From Candidatus Poriferisodalis sp. (GTDB lineage Bacteria; Actinomycetota; Acidimicrobiia; Acidimicrobiales; Poriferisodalaceae): 64,000 nt of DNA. The position numbers were made by a program, and so were the translations under genes. Under the pieces are notes generated by a model. That model did not search any database. It was not told the DNA's origin and saw only the letters and a list, made by a program, of their open reading frames with translations. Shown here in pieces: positions 31,186 through 39,662 of this stretch. How positions within the stretch are numbered: position 1 is the stretch's first letter; each line of letters opens with the position of its first letter. The DNA is taken from positions 954,817-1,018,816 of the forward strand of contig NZ_OZ253573.1 in the NCBI RefSeq assembly GCF_965262965.1, given 5' to 3'.

Positions 31186-33131
31186 TGGCCCCTGCATCCG
31201 GTCTGGCTGCCTCTGGATTCGTCGAGTCTGACTTTGACGCCTACCTGGCCTCCCATCAACAAAAGGACCTGCTGCGCCTGTTGACCTGCGGCAGCGTGGA
31301 CGACGGCAAGTCGACGCTGATCGGCCGGCTGCTGCACGACTCCCAGCTCATCTACGAGGACGTGCTGGCCAGCCTTGAGGCCGACTCTGCGACGCAGGGT
31401 TCGGCGGGCAGCCGGGTCGACCTGGCGCTGCTTATGGACGGTCTGCGGGCCGAGCGGGAGCAGGGCATCACAATCGACGTCGCCTACCGCTGCTTCTCCA
31501 GGGCCCGGCGCACATTCATCATCGCCGACACCCCGGGCCACGAGCAGTACACCCGCAACATGGCGACGGGCGCGTCGACCTGTCAGCTGGCGGTGATCCT
31601 GGTCGACGCCCGCCACGGGGTGCTGCCCCAGACCAAGCGCCACAGCTACATCGCCAGCCTGCTGGGCATCCGCCATGTGGTGGTGGCGGTCAACAAGATG
31701 GATCTCGTGGACTGGTCGGCGGACCGCTTCGCTGCGATCTGTGAGGACTTTCGAGCGTTCTCCAAGACGCTCGAGTTCGGCGAGCCGTACTTCTTGCCGA
31801 CCTCCGCCCTGCTGGGCGACAACGTGGTCGACGGGGGCGACAACCTCGACTGGTTCGACGGACCACCGCTCTTGGAGCACCTCGAAACCGTGGACGTCGA
31901 CGCCGGTGTCGATCTCGAGCACTTCCGTATGCCGGTGCAGATGGTCAGCCGGCCGAATCCGGACTTCCGCGGGTTCTGCGGCACTGTTGCTTCCGGGGCC
32001 ATTCGGCCCGGCGATGAGGTCGCGGCCCTGCCATCAGGGCTCGGCTCGACGGTGGAACGGCTTGTGACCTTCGACGGCGACCTCGACGTTGCCGGGCCGG
32101 GTCGAGCGGTCACCGTCACCCTCGCCGATGAGATCGACATCAGCCGCGGTGACATGTTGGTGAGACGTGGCGATGAGCCGCTGCGTGCCCACGAGCTCGA
32201 CGCGATGGTGGTGTGGATGGCCGAGGCCAAGATGGAGCCCGGCAGCTCGTATCTGCTCCAGTCCACCAGCGGCATCTCAAACTGCACGATCCGCAGCCTG
32301 CGCCACCGCGTCGACATCGACACGCTCGGAAACGAGCAAGCGCTGGCACTGGGACTCAACGACATCGGACGCTGCGTGGTCGCGTCGAACCGGGAGTTGC
32401 TGTTCGACCCCTACAGCAGCAATCGCACGACAGGGTCGTTCGTGCTGGTCGATCGGCTCTCGAACGCCACTGTGGCCGCTGGCATGTTCATCGGCGCGGC
32501 GTCGGCGTGGGACCACTCGCCAGACGCGGCGCTCGTACGGCAGATCTCGGAGATCAGCGACGCCGAGCGGGCCATCCGGTTCGGCCAGCAGCCCTGCACC
32601 ATCCTGCTCACGGGACTCACCGCTGCGGGCAAGTCCACCCTCGCCACCGCGCTTGAGCGTGAGCTGTTCGACCGGGGCAAGGTGTCGATCCGTCTCGACG
32701 GCGAGAACGTTCGCATGGGCATCTCCCGGGATCTGGGCTTCAGCGCCCAGGAACGATCGGAGAACCTGCGCCGTGTGTCGGAAGTCGCTCGGCTGGTGAA
32801 CGGACAGGGGCTGATCGCGATTGCCGCCCTGGTGGCGCCCAACGGCGAGGTCCGCCAGCGTGCCCGTGACCTGGTGGGCGCCGACCGCTACGTGGAGGTA
32901 TTCGTCGACACACCGATCGAGGTGTGCCGCGACCGTGACCCCCACGGCCTGTACGCCATGGCCGACAACGGAGAGATCCCCCGGTTCCCCGGCGTTTCGG
33001 CCGGCTACGACCGGCCAGCGGACGCCGACCTGCGTGTCGACACGTCCGCCCAAGGCGTGGACGAGTGCGTGGCGGCGATCGTGCGGGTGCTGACCGAGCG
33101 CGGCTTCCTCCGAGGACCGAGCACGCCATGA
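31185..33131 (+). CDS. cysNC: Bifunctional sulfate adenylyltransferase subunit 1 (GTPase) fused to an APS-kinase-like domain
   Basis: 648 aa. GTPase motifs GSVDDGKST, DTPGHEQY and NKMD. C-terminal kinase-like domain GLTAAGKST...LDGENVR...RDPHGLY. The ATG overlaps the cysD stop (TGATG). Confidence 0.9.
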   Translation: MAPASGLAASGFVESDFDAYLASHQQKDLLRLLTCGSVDDGKSTLIGRLLHDSQLIYEDVLASLEADSATQGSAGSRVDLALLMDGLRAEREQGITIDVAYRCFSRARRTFIIADTPGHEQYTRNMATGASTCQLAVILVDARHGVLPQTKRHSYIASLLGIRHVVVAVNKMDLVDWSADRFAAICEDFRAFSKTLEFGEPYFLPTSALLGDNVVDGGDNLDWFDGPPLLEHLETVDVDAGVDLEHFRMPVQMVSRPNPDFRGFCGTVASGAIRPGDEVAALPSGLGSTVERLVTFDGDLDVAGPGRAVTVTLADEIDISRGDMLVRRGDEPLRAHELDAMVVWMAEAKMEPGSSYLLQSTSGISNCTIRSLRHRVDIDTLGNEQALALGLNDIGRCVVASNRELLFDPYSSNRTTGSFVLVDRLSNATVAAGMFIGAASAWDHSPDAALVRQISEISDAERAIRFGQQPCTILLTGLTAAGKSTLATALERELFDRGKVSIRLDGENVRMGISRDLGFSAQERSENLRRVSEVARLVNGQGLIAIAALVAPNGEVRQRARDLVGADRYVEVFVDTPIEVCRDRDPHGLYAMADNGEIPRFPGVSAGYDRPADADLRVDTSAQGVDECVAAIVRVLTERGFLRGPSTP

Positions 33132-33156
33132 ATGAGGGCCCGGGGATGGGAACGCC

Positions 33157-33753
33157 GTGAACGAACCCGTCTCGCGCAACATCGTTCGGGCAGAGGGACG
33201 GGTCAGCGGAACGGACCGGGCGGCCCACTTCGGCCACCGCGCGGTGACGGTGTGGTTCACCGGGCTCTCGGGCAGCGGCAAGTCCACCCTTGCCTTCGCC
33301 CTCGAAGAAGCGCTGCTGGAGCGTGGCATCGCCGCCTACGTGCTCGACGGCGACAACGTCCGCTTCGGGCTCAACCGCGATCTCGGCTTCTCACCTGAGG
33401 ACCGCACCGAGAACATCCGCCGGATCGGCGAGGTGTGCCGCCTCTTCGGTGATGCGGGCATTGTCGTGCTGACGGCATTCATCTCGCCATATGCCACGGA
33501 CCGCGACCAAATGCGTGCAATCCACCCCGAAGGCACGTTCGTCGAGGTCTACGTCGACACGCCCCTCGATGTCTGCGAAGCCCGCGACCCCAAAGGCCTC
33601 TACGTGAAAGCCAGAGCCGGCGAGATCCCAGATTTCAGCGGCATCTCCGCCCCCTACGAGCCCCCGCCCTCGCCCGAGATCACCATCGACACGACCCAGC
33701 CCCTCGACGACTGCATCGCCCACCTCCTCGCCACGCTTGGCGCAGCGCTTTGA
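33157..33753 (+). CDS. cysC: Adenylyl-sulfate (APS) kinase, stand-alone
   Basis: 198 aa with canonical motifs [33 protein letters not shown] and RDPKGLY. Confidence 0.9.
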   Translation: MNEPVSRNIVRAEGRVSGTDRAAHFGHRAVTVWFTGLSGSGKSTLAFALEEALLERGIAAYVLDGDNVRFGLNRDLGFSPEDRTENIRRIGEVCRLFGDAGIVVLTAFISPYATDRDQMRAIHPEGTFVEVYVDTPLDVCEARDPKGLYVKARAGEIPDFSGISAPYEPPPSPEITIDTTQPLDDCIAHLLATLGAAL

Positions 33754-33756
33754 GTC

Positions 33757-33984
33757 TCATTCCTTGCAGATCTTGGCGATCGTTTGGGGCGAAGCGTTCG
33801 CGACAGCGGCGATATCCCGCAGCGATGCTCCGTTCGCCTGGGCAAGCCGGATCGCAGTTGCCCATTGCGATGCCAGATCTTCCTTTTGACGGGTCAGTCT
33901 GCGAACGACGTTGAGAGCTGCCCCCTCTGAACTCGTGGCCATGTCGAGGCCAGAGAGATCCCAAATCGACTTGACGTTGCTCAT
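33757..33984 (-). CDS. Small helix-turn-helix protein
   Basis: 75 aa. The C-terminal segment GASLRDIAAVANASPQTIAKI looks like an HTH. The ATG overlaps the stop of the small upstream ORF (ATGA). Confidence 0.45.
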   Translation of the reverse strand: MSNVKSIWDLSGLDMATSSEGAALNVVRRLTRQKEDLASQWATAIRLAQANGASLRDIAAVANASPQTIAKICKE

Positions 33985-34145
33985 CGTGCCTCCTCGATGC
34001 TGCGCAGCAGCTTCGCGATCACGTCTCGGATGATCACCGCTGCTGCCAGTTCGTCACTCCGGCGTTCCACGATCTCGACGACCGCACCGAGTGCCTCCAG
34101 AGTGTGCGCCAGTTCTGACTCGTCGAGGTCGACAGTGATCCGCAC
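33981..34145 (-). CDS. Small hypothetical ORF (54 aa) translationally coupled to the HTH gene
   Basis: Not in the ORF track (under 60 aa). GTG at 34145, VRITVDLDESELAHTLEALGAVVEIVERRSDELAAAVIIRDVIAKLLRSIEEAR*. A TAGACT -10 lies 6 nt upstream. Confidence 0.3.
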   Translation of the reverse strand: MRITVDLDESELAHTLEALGAVVEIVERRSDELAAAVIIRDVIAKLLRSIEEAR

Positions 34146-34162
34146 GCCAAGAGTCTAACTAA

Positions 34163-34177
34163 TGGACATAGTGTCCA
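34163..34177. promoter_or_regulatory. Palindrome TGGACA-TAG-TGTCCA between divergent small operons
   Basis: Read directly in an AT-rich stretch just upstream of the GTG at 34145. Confidence 0.4.
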
Positions 34178-34301
34178 ATCGGCGAACAGGCGGATCGGTG
34201 GCACGACGATGTCGCGTGCCAGCACACGTTCTTCGCCCCGCTCGACGGCTGGGTCGCCGCTCTGCTTGCCGCCGCGCCGCGCGACGTCAATCCTCGACAA
34301 A

Positions 34302-34330
34302 TTGACTTGCCATACATATATGGCTCAAAT
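34302..34330 (+). promoter_or_regulatory. Sigma-70-like promoter TTGACT-17 nt-TCAAAT with embedded inverted repeat GCCATA-N4-TATGGC
   Basis: Read directly. The -10 ends 11 nt before the ATG at 34342. Confidence 0.55.
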
Positions 34331-34341
34331 ACTGTGCGCGT

Positions 34342-34587
34342 ATGGCCACCAAGACGACCATCAACTTCGATGATGAGATGGAGGCGGCGCTCGCCGAGCT
34401 CGTGGCGATGGACGGCACCAAGAAGCTCGCAATCAAACGGTCGCTTCTTGCCGAGGTGAAGCGTCGCCGCCGCAGCCAGGCCATGCTGGACATGATCGCC
34501 TCCTGGGAAGCAGACGAAGGCCTGATCGACCGCGACCACCTCGACTGGGCCGACGCAGTCCTCGACCGTCAGGGCGTCGGTCGTTGA
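34342..34587 (+). CDS. Putative antitoxin of the downstream PIN toxin
   Basis: 81 aa. N-terminus TTINFDDEMEAALAEL is RHH/VapB-like. The stop overlaps the toxin start (TTGA). Confidence 0.55.
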   Translation: MATKTTINFDDEMEAALAELVAMDGTKKLAIKRSLLAEVKRRRRSQAMLDMIASWEADEGLIDRDHLDWADAVLDRQGVGR

Positions 34588-34937
34588 TCATCGACGCAGG
34601 ACCCTTCATCACCGGCGGCGAGTGCCTGAACTCTCGGCTGTGGGCACTGTTCAAGCGGGCAATCGAACGAGGCGATGAGCTGCATACGACCCACCCAGTG
34701 CTCGCTCAAGTTTGGCGTGACCCTGCACGACAAGCCAATCTGGCCCGGGCACTACGCCACTTCGAAATCCATCCTCTCGACGAATCGATCTCGGTTGGGC
34801 GCCGGTTGGCGACGTCGGGCACTTCTGACGTCGTCGACGCGCACCTTGCAGTCGTCGCCGAGCGGCTCGGCACCTTCATCCTCACCACCGACCCCGGCGA
34901 CATGTCAGGACTCAACGCCCGCTTCGAGACCTATTGA
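34584..34937 (+). CDS. PIN-domain toxin
   Basis: 117 aa. IIDAGPFI...SDVVDAHLAVVAE...ILTTDPGDM. Confidence 0.65.
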   Translation: MIIDAGPFITGGECLNSRLWALFKRAIERGDELHTTHPVLAQVWRDPARQANLARALRHFEIHPLDESISVGRRLATSGTSDVVDAHLAVVAERLGTFILTTDPGDMSGLNARFETY

Positions 34938-34953
34938 CAGCGACAACTCACCG

Positions 34954-35706
34954 CTAGTCCCAGGTGCCGAATTGGAAAGCCTCGCTGGGCAGTGCTCGCC
35001 ACTGCTCCCATACCGTTGGGTCACCGTCGGTGACGTCGATCCCGGAGTGGGGTCGGCCCCACAATCCGAACAGCACTTGGACCGGCGGCCCTTCGATGAC
35101 CACAGCGGCTGGCGACGTTGACTGGGGCAGCGCCTCGACGTTGACAGTGCCGACCGCGTCGCCGGCATCGACGAGCCGCGCAGTTAGCCGACCAGGGTCT
35201 CGTTCGAGCACGCGACGCATCGCCTGCAGGAAGAACCGGCACGTGTAGTCGGCTGCGTCCAGCGCCTGGGTCGGCGTCATCGAGTGCTCGTGACCCAGGG
35301 CCATCTCGACATCGAGGCGGTGCATGCCCAGCTCTGATGCCGCGTGCCAGGCCCACAACCCTGCGGTGCCTTCCCCGCCGGTCATCGAGAAGTAGCAGCG
35401 CCGATCGAGATCGTCGGTGAGTTGGTTGATGGCCGAATGCGCCCACGTTGCGAGTTCCGCCGTCGAGGTACCAGCGGGCTTGAGGCCAGCACGCTCGTAC
35501 CCCCGTGCCCGGGACTCGGGATCCTCCGGCACCGAGGTGATCATCTCTTCCCAGGCGATCCCCACGCGGCCGATGTGCGACGCTGCGTTGTAGACCGTCC
35601 AGCCCGGGCAGTTCGGAACTAGCGCCGCCTGTTCTTCGTCGCCGCGGCCGCAGATGTAGTCGATGGCCGACCGCGCCGCCGCAACCCGCTCAGCATGATC
35701 CAGCAT
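34954..35706 (-). CDS. Mycothiol-dependent maleylpyruvate-isomerase-family (DinB-like) protein
   Basis: Start MLDHAERV at 35706 inside ORF 34954..35814. PGWTVYNAASHIG and the overall pattern match this actinobacterial family. Confidence 0.7.
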   Translation of the reverse strand: MLDHAERVAAARSAIDYICGRGDEEQAALVPNCPGWTVYNAASHIGRVGIAWEEMITSVPEDPESRARGYERAGLKPAGTSTAELATWAHSAINQLTDDLDRRCYFSMTGGEGTAGLWAWHAASELGMHRLDVEMALGHEHSMTPTQALDAADYTCRFFLQAMRRVLERDPGRLTARLVDAGDAVGTVNVEALPQSTSPAAVVIEGPPVQVLFGLWGRPHSGIDVTDGDPTVWEQWRALPSEAFQFGTWD

Positions 35707-35746
35707 TGTTGACCCCTCTCCGCTTCCGCTGGTGTTGGACGCATAG

Positions 35747-35929
35747 CTATTCCCAGTCGAGATCGATGTCGATGGATACCAACTCGATGGCACCGTCAGC
35801 CGCGAGCTGGCCAACCACGTTCAACGCCCGCACGAGTACGCCGCTGGTTATCAGAATCCGGTAGTCCTGACGATCGGGAATCAATTCCGGCAGGTCATCG
35901 AATTGCCCGGCGAACCTATCGACGATCAG
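35747..35929 (-). pseudogene. RelE/ParE-like toxin C-terminal segment with no start codon
   Basis: 60 codons (LIVDRFAGQFDDLPELIPDRQDYRILITSG...IELVSIDIDLDWE*) follow directly, in the same frame, after the TGA of the small ORF 35930..36109. Confidence 0.3.
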
Positions 35930-36109
35930 TCAAGTTTGCTGAGTCGACTCTGTTTCGTCGATTCGACGCATGATCCGCTTACGGGACCGGGCCAGCAGGT
36001 CTTGTGGGGCATCGGCAACATCCCAGATGATGCTGTCTTCGAAGATGGCGTCGACCTCAGACGGGGCCATCGCCGCCAGCTCAGCTGCGGTCCACACCCG
36101 CCGGGTCAT
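35930..36109 (-). CDS. Small hypothetical protein, possibly antitoxin-like
   Basis: 59 aa, MTRRVWTAAELAAMAPSEVDAIFEDSII... The rest of ORF 35930..36592 is antisense to the AhpD-like gene and is discounted. Confidence 0.35.
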   Translation of the reverse strand: MTRRVWTAAELAAMAPSEVDAIFEDSIIWDVADAPQDLLARSRKRIMRRIDETESTQQT

Positions 36110-36252
36110 GAGCCCACGATACTCGGAACCGGTCACATCGTCGGGTAGCCGAATCGTTGGCGATCCGCAGTACGGTGGCCGACGTCGACTCGGTGGGCCG
36201 GTCATCTCGACAAGAAAGCTCGACCGCCCGCGCATCCCCTCAGGAGATGGAC

Positions 36253-37022
36253 ATGTACGACACAGATCTGCCGATCCGCAGCGACCTGCGGGAGGCTCAT
36301 GCGGCAGTTGTCGACCGTTGGACCCGCCCCGGCACCTGGTGGACCGCCCAAGAGCGCTTGGCAATCGTCGCCGAAGTCCGTCGAGCGCGTGATGCCGCAG
36401 AGATCCCCCGGCATGGGTTCGGGCATCACAGGTCAACGGTGCGATTCGCGAAGGGCATCCGCTGCCTGCCGCAGCCATTGACGTGATCTGGCGGCTGACC
36501 AACCACTCCGGGACGCTGACGGCCGAGTGGTGCGAGATGGTCATCGACGGCTTCGGTGAGGCCTCCGGTGCGATCACCCCTGGCCAGTACACAGAGCTCG
36601 TGGCGCTCGTCGCTCAGGCAAACTGCATCGACCGATTCGCCGAAGGTCTGTCCCTTGACCGTCCGGCGCCTGGAGAGCCAATCTCCGGCGAGCCGAACCG
36701 CACGGTGCCCGGCAACGCAGCCATGCGGGACCACTGGGTGCCGACCGTTCCAAGCGACTATCCGGCGGTCGTCCAAGCACTCAGCGGTGTGCCCGCCGAG
36801 AACGCTGCCATGCTCCTGCTGTCGGATGCCCAGTACCTCCCGGTCGACGAGATGTTTGACCTGACGAGCGACCGGAACGCACTCTCCCGCATGCAAGTCG
36901 AGTTGGTGGCCGCACGCACGTCGGTGCTGAACGAGTGCTTCTACTGAACGACCGGCCATTCGATGCTGCTCAGTCTGAGCGGCCGAAGCCAAGAGGCCCT
37001 CCGCTTGCTCGCACACAGTTGA
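36253..37022 (+). CDS. AhpD/CMD-domain alkylhydroperoxidase-like protein with in-frame TGA (CxxU, candidate Sec) and a 1-nt frameshift in a C5 run
   Basis: ORFs 36157..36486 and 36483..36947 join at CCCCC (36405-36409). C6 would give ...AAEIPPAWVRASQ.... TGA at 36945-36947 falls in NECFY-U-TTGH (family motif N-x-C-x-Y-C-x-x-x-H). The frame stays open for 24 more codons to TGA at 37020-37022. Confidence 0.55.
36965..36983 (+). promoter_or_regulatory. SECIS-like hairpin downstream of the AhpD-like UGA
   Basis: GCUGCUCA-GUC-UGAGCGGC: an 8-bp stem with one G-U pair and apical loop GUC, starting 17 nt after the UGA. Folded by hand. Confidence 0.35.
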
Positions 37023-37114
37023 GCTCTAGCGCCCGCAGCGCGGCATGGACATGTCCGGCGCCGTCTGACAGGCTTCGCTTGGGCCACAGAGCCTGCAACT
37101 GAGGGGGTCACAAG

Positions 37115-37531
37115 ATGTCACAGATGAACGAGACAGCCGCCGCATTCTTCGACGCATGCGAGACCGGTCAGGGCTGGGACGGCTGTGCCCAGTACTGCAC
37201 CCCCGATGCGTCGTTCGCTGCGCAGTCCGAAGCCATCGGCGACCTCACCGACCTCCGCTCCTACACCGAGTGGATGAAAGGCATCCTGACGATCCTCGAA
37301 GACGGCTCGTACGACCTGAAGTCGTGGGCCGTCGACGAGGAGCGCAGCAGCGTGCTGGCCTACGCCGTATTCAACGGCACCCACACCGGCGACGGCGGTC
37401 CGGTTCCGCCGACGGGGAAGGCGGCCAGCTCGGACTACGTGTACGACATGCGGTTCGAGGGCGGCAAGATCGCTCACATGACCAAGATCTGGCACTCCGG
37501 CGTCGCCCTGCAGCAGCTCGGCTGGGCCTGA
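37115..37531 (+). CDS. SnoaL-like (NTF2-fold) protein
   Basis: 138 aa. AAFFDACETGQGWDGC...YVYDMRFEGGKIAHMTKIW is typical of the ester-cyclase/SnoaL-like fold. Confidence 0.7.
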   Translation: MSQMNETAAAFFDACETGQGWDGCAQYCTPDASFAAQSEAIGDLTDLRSYTEWMKGILTILEDGSYDLKSWAVDEERSSVLAYAVFNGTHTGDGGPVPPTGKAASSDYVYDMRFEGGKIAHMTKIWHSGVALQQLGWA

Positions 37532-37592
37532 ACTCCGACGCCAGTCCTACCACCAGATCCGCCGGGGTCTAGATGTGCCAGGAGACCAGATC

Positions 37593-39611
37593 GTGACGCC
37601 AATGCGGACGAACTGCCCACGTGACTGCTACGACAACTGCGGGATCGTGGTGCGCTCCGGCAAGGACGGTCGGGTCATCGTCCAAGGCGATCCCGAGCAT
37701 CCAGTCAGCCGAGGAACGCTGTGCACGAAGTGTGCAACGGCCTACAACGGAGTGTGGCAGGACCCCGAGGCCCGCCTCGGGACTCCGCTCCGCCGGGTCG
37801 GCCCGAAGGGCGAAGGCGCATTCGCACCCATCAGCTGGGAAGACGCTCTGGCCGAGACCGCGGAACGCACGCAGCAGGTCGTCGACGAGCGCGGCCCCGC
37901 GGCCGTGCTCCACACCCACTACTCGGGAACGATGTCGATGCTGGCGTTCATGTTCCCGCTGCGGTTCTTTCACCGCTTGGGCGCGACCGAAGTAGAGCCG
38001 GATTCGATCTGCAATCTGGCCGGACATATCGCGTGGTCGTACATGTTCGGCACGTCCGTCGCTGGATTCGACCCGCGTACCGCGGTCGATTCATCGTGCA
38101 TTCTCGTGTGGGGTGCCAACCCCTCTCACAGCGCCCCGCACATGGACCGGAACTGGCTGGGAGACTTCAACGGGTCCGTCATCGTCGTGGATCCGATACG
38201 CACGGCGACCGCGGCCCGGGCCGATCTTCATCTCCAGCCTTACCCCGGCACCGACGCTGCGCTGGCGTTTTCCATAGCGCACGAACTCGGCGCCATGGCG
38301 GCCTTCGACACCGAGTTCATCGCTGACCATGTCCAAGGCGTCGACGAAGTGCTCCCCGTCATCGAGACGTGCACGCCCGAATGGGGTGAGGAACAAACGG
38401 GTGTCCCGGCTGGTGACATCAGGCAGGCTGCCCGGCTCTATGGGGCCGGACCGGCGCTTCTGTGGGCCGGTCAAGGACTCCAACGTCAGCCCACGGGCGC
38501 AAATGTCATGCGCGCCGTCGGCTTGCTGCCGGCGCTGACTGGCAACATCGGCAAGCCCGGCGCAGGGATCAGCTACCTCAATGTTGCGGCGGCCGTGCTC
38601 GGCGCGGACTTCGACGAGCTGTCCGGCACGTCACTGGCCCCCAACGGCGCTCCCAAGGTCAATCACATCGGCCTTGCAGCCAAGCTCGAGGACCCCGAAC
38701 GATTCGGAGCGTTGTTCAGCTGGAACACGAACCCGGTCGCCTCGGCTGCCGAGCAGGACAGGCTCCGCGCGGCACTGTGCCGACAGGACCTGTTCACCGT
38801 CGTCGTGGACTGCTTCCCAACTGACACGGTCGACTACGCCGACATCGTGCTGCCCGCCGCGAGCTTCCTGGAATTCGACGACCTCACGTTCAGCTATATG
38901 TCACCGATCGTGGGAGCGCAACAGAAGGTCCGAGAGCCGATCGGCGAGGCGCTGTCGAATCAAGAGATCTTCCGTCGGCTCGCTGGGGCGATGGGCCTCG
39001 ACGAGCCAGAGCTCCACGTGACCGACGATATGTTGATCCAGCGGCTCCTCGACCAGCTCGACCTCGGTCTTTCCTTCGCGGAGCTGGCAGAGCGAGGCCA
39101 CGTGTATCTGGCCCGTGAGCCAGTCGACTTCTTCGCCGACCGACGCTTCCGCACCCCGTCGGGTCGCATCGAAATCGCATCCGACGCTGCATCGGCGGCA
39201 GGCTTGCGACGGGCTCCGGTTCCGACGGCTGACGCCCGTGAAGCCGACGGGATCTTCCGGCTGCTGTCGCCTGCCTCACAGTGGCGGCTCAACGACTCCC
39301 ACGCCAACGACCGCACCATCGCCCGGCGATCAGGTCCTGCAACCGTCACGATCCACCCCGCGGACGCGGCCGATCTCGGCATCGCCCACGGCGACCAGGT
39401 CCGAATGCGCAACAGCGCAGGCCAACTCGAGGTCGAGGCAAACGTGGAGAACGTCACACCTCGTGGCGTTCTCGTCAGCTACAAGGGACGTTGGCCCAAG
39501 CTGGAACCCGGCGGGGCCAACGTCAATGTCCTCCACGAGGCCATATCGTCCGACATCGAGGGCTGCAGCGCAGTGCACGCCACGCGAGTGACGCTCGAAT
39601 TAGCGCATTGA
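37593..39611 (+). CDS. Molybdopterin (bis-MGD) oxidoreductase, MopB superfamily
   Basis: ORF 37575..39611. GTG at 37593 lies 7 nt after AGGAGA. N-terminal 4Fe-4S motif CPRDCYDNCG...C..C and a C-terminal MopB barrel. Confidence 0.85.
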   Translation: MTPMRTNCPRDCYDNCGIVVRSGKDGRVIVQGDPEHPVSRGTLCTKCATAYNGVWQDPEARLGTPLRRVGPKGEGAFAPISWEDALAETAERTQQVVDERGPAAVLHTHYSGTMSMLAFMFPLRFFHRLGATEVEPDSICNLAGHIAWSYMFGTSVAGFDPRTAVDSSCILVWGANPSHSAPHMDRNWLGDFNGSVIVVDPIRTATAARADLHLQPYPGTDAALAFSIAHELGAMAAFDTEFIADHVQGVDEVLPVIETCTPEWGEEQTGVPAGDIRQAARLYGAGPALLWAGQGLQRQPTGANVMRAVGLLPALTGNIGKPGAGISYLNVAAAVLGADFDELSGTSLAPNGAPKVNHIGLAAKLEDPERFGALFSWNTNPVASAAEQDRLRAALCRQDLFTVVVDCFPTDTVDYADIVLPAASFLEFDDLTFSYMSPIVGAQQKVREPIGEALSNQEIFRRLAGAMGLDEPELHVTDDMLIQRLLDQLDLGLSFAELAERGHVYLAREPVDFFADRRFRTPSGRIEIASDAASAAGLRRAPVPTADAREADGIFRLLSPASQWRLNDSHANDRTIARRSGPATVTIHPADAADLGIAHGDQVRMRNSAGQLEVEANVENVTPRGVLVSYKGRWPKLEPGGANVNVLHEAISSDIEGCSAVHATRVTLELAH

Positions 39612-39662
39612 CGCACTCGAATCCCGCTCGGTGGTGGTCGGCGACGTGGGTCGCCTAGACCG

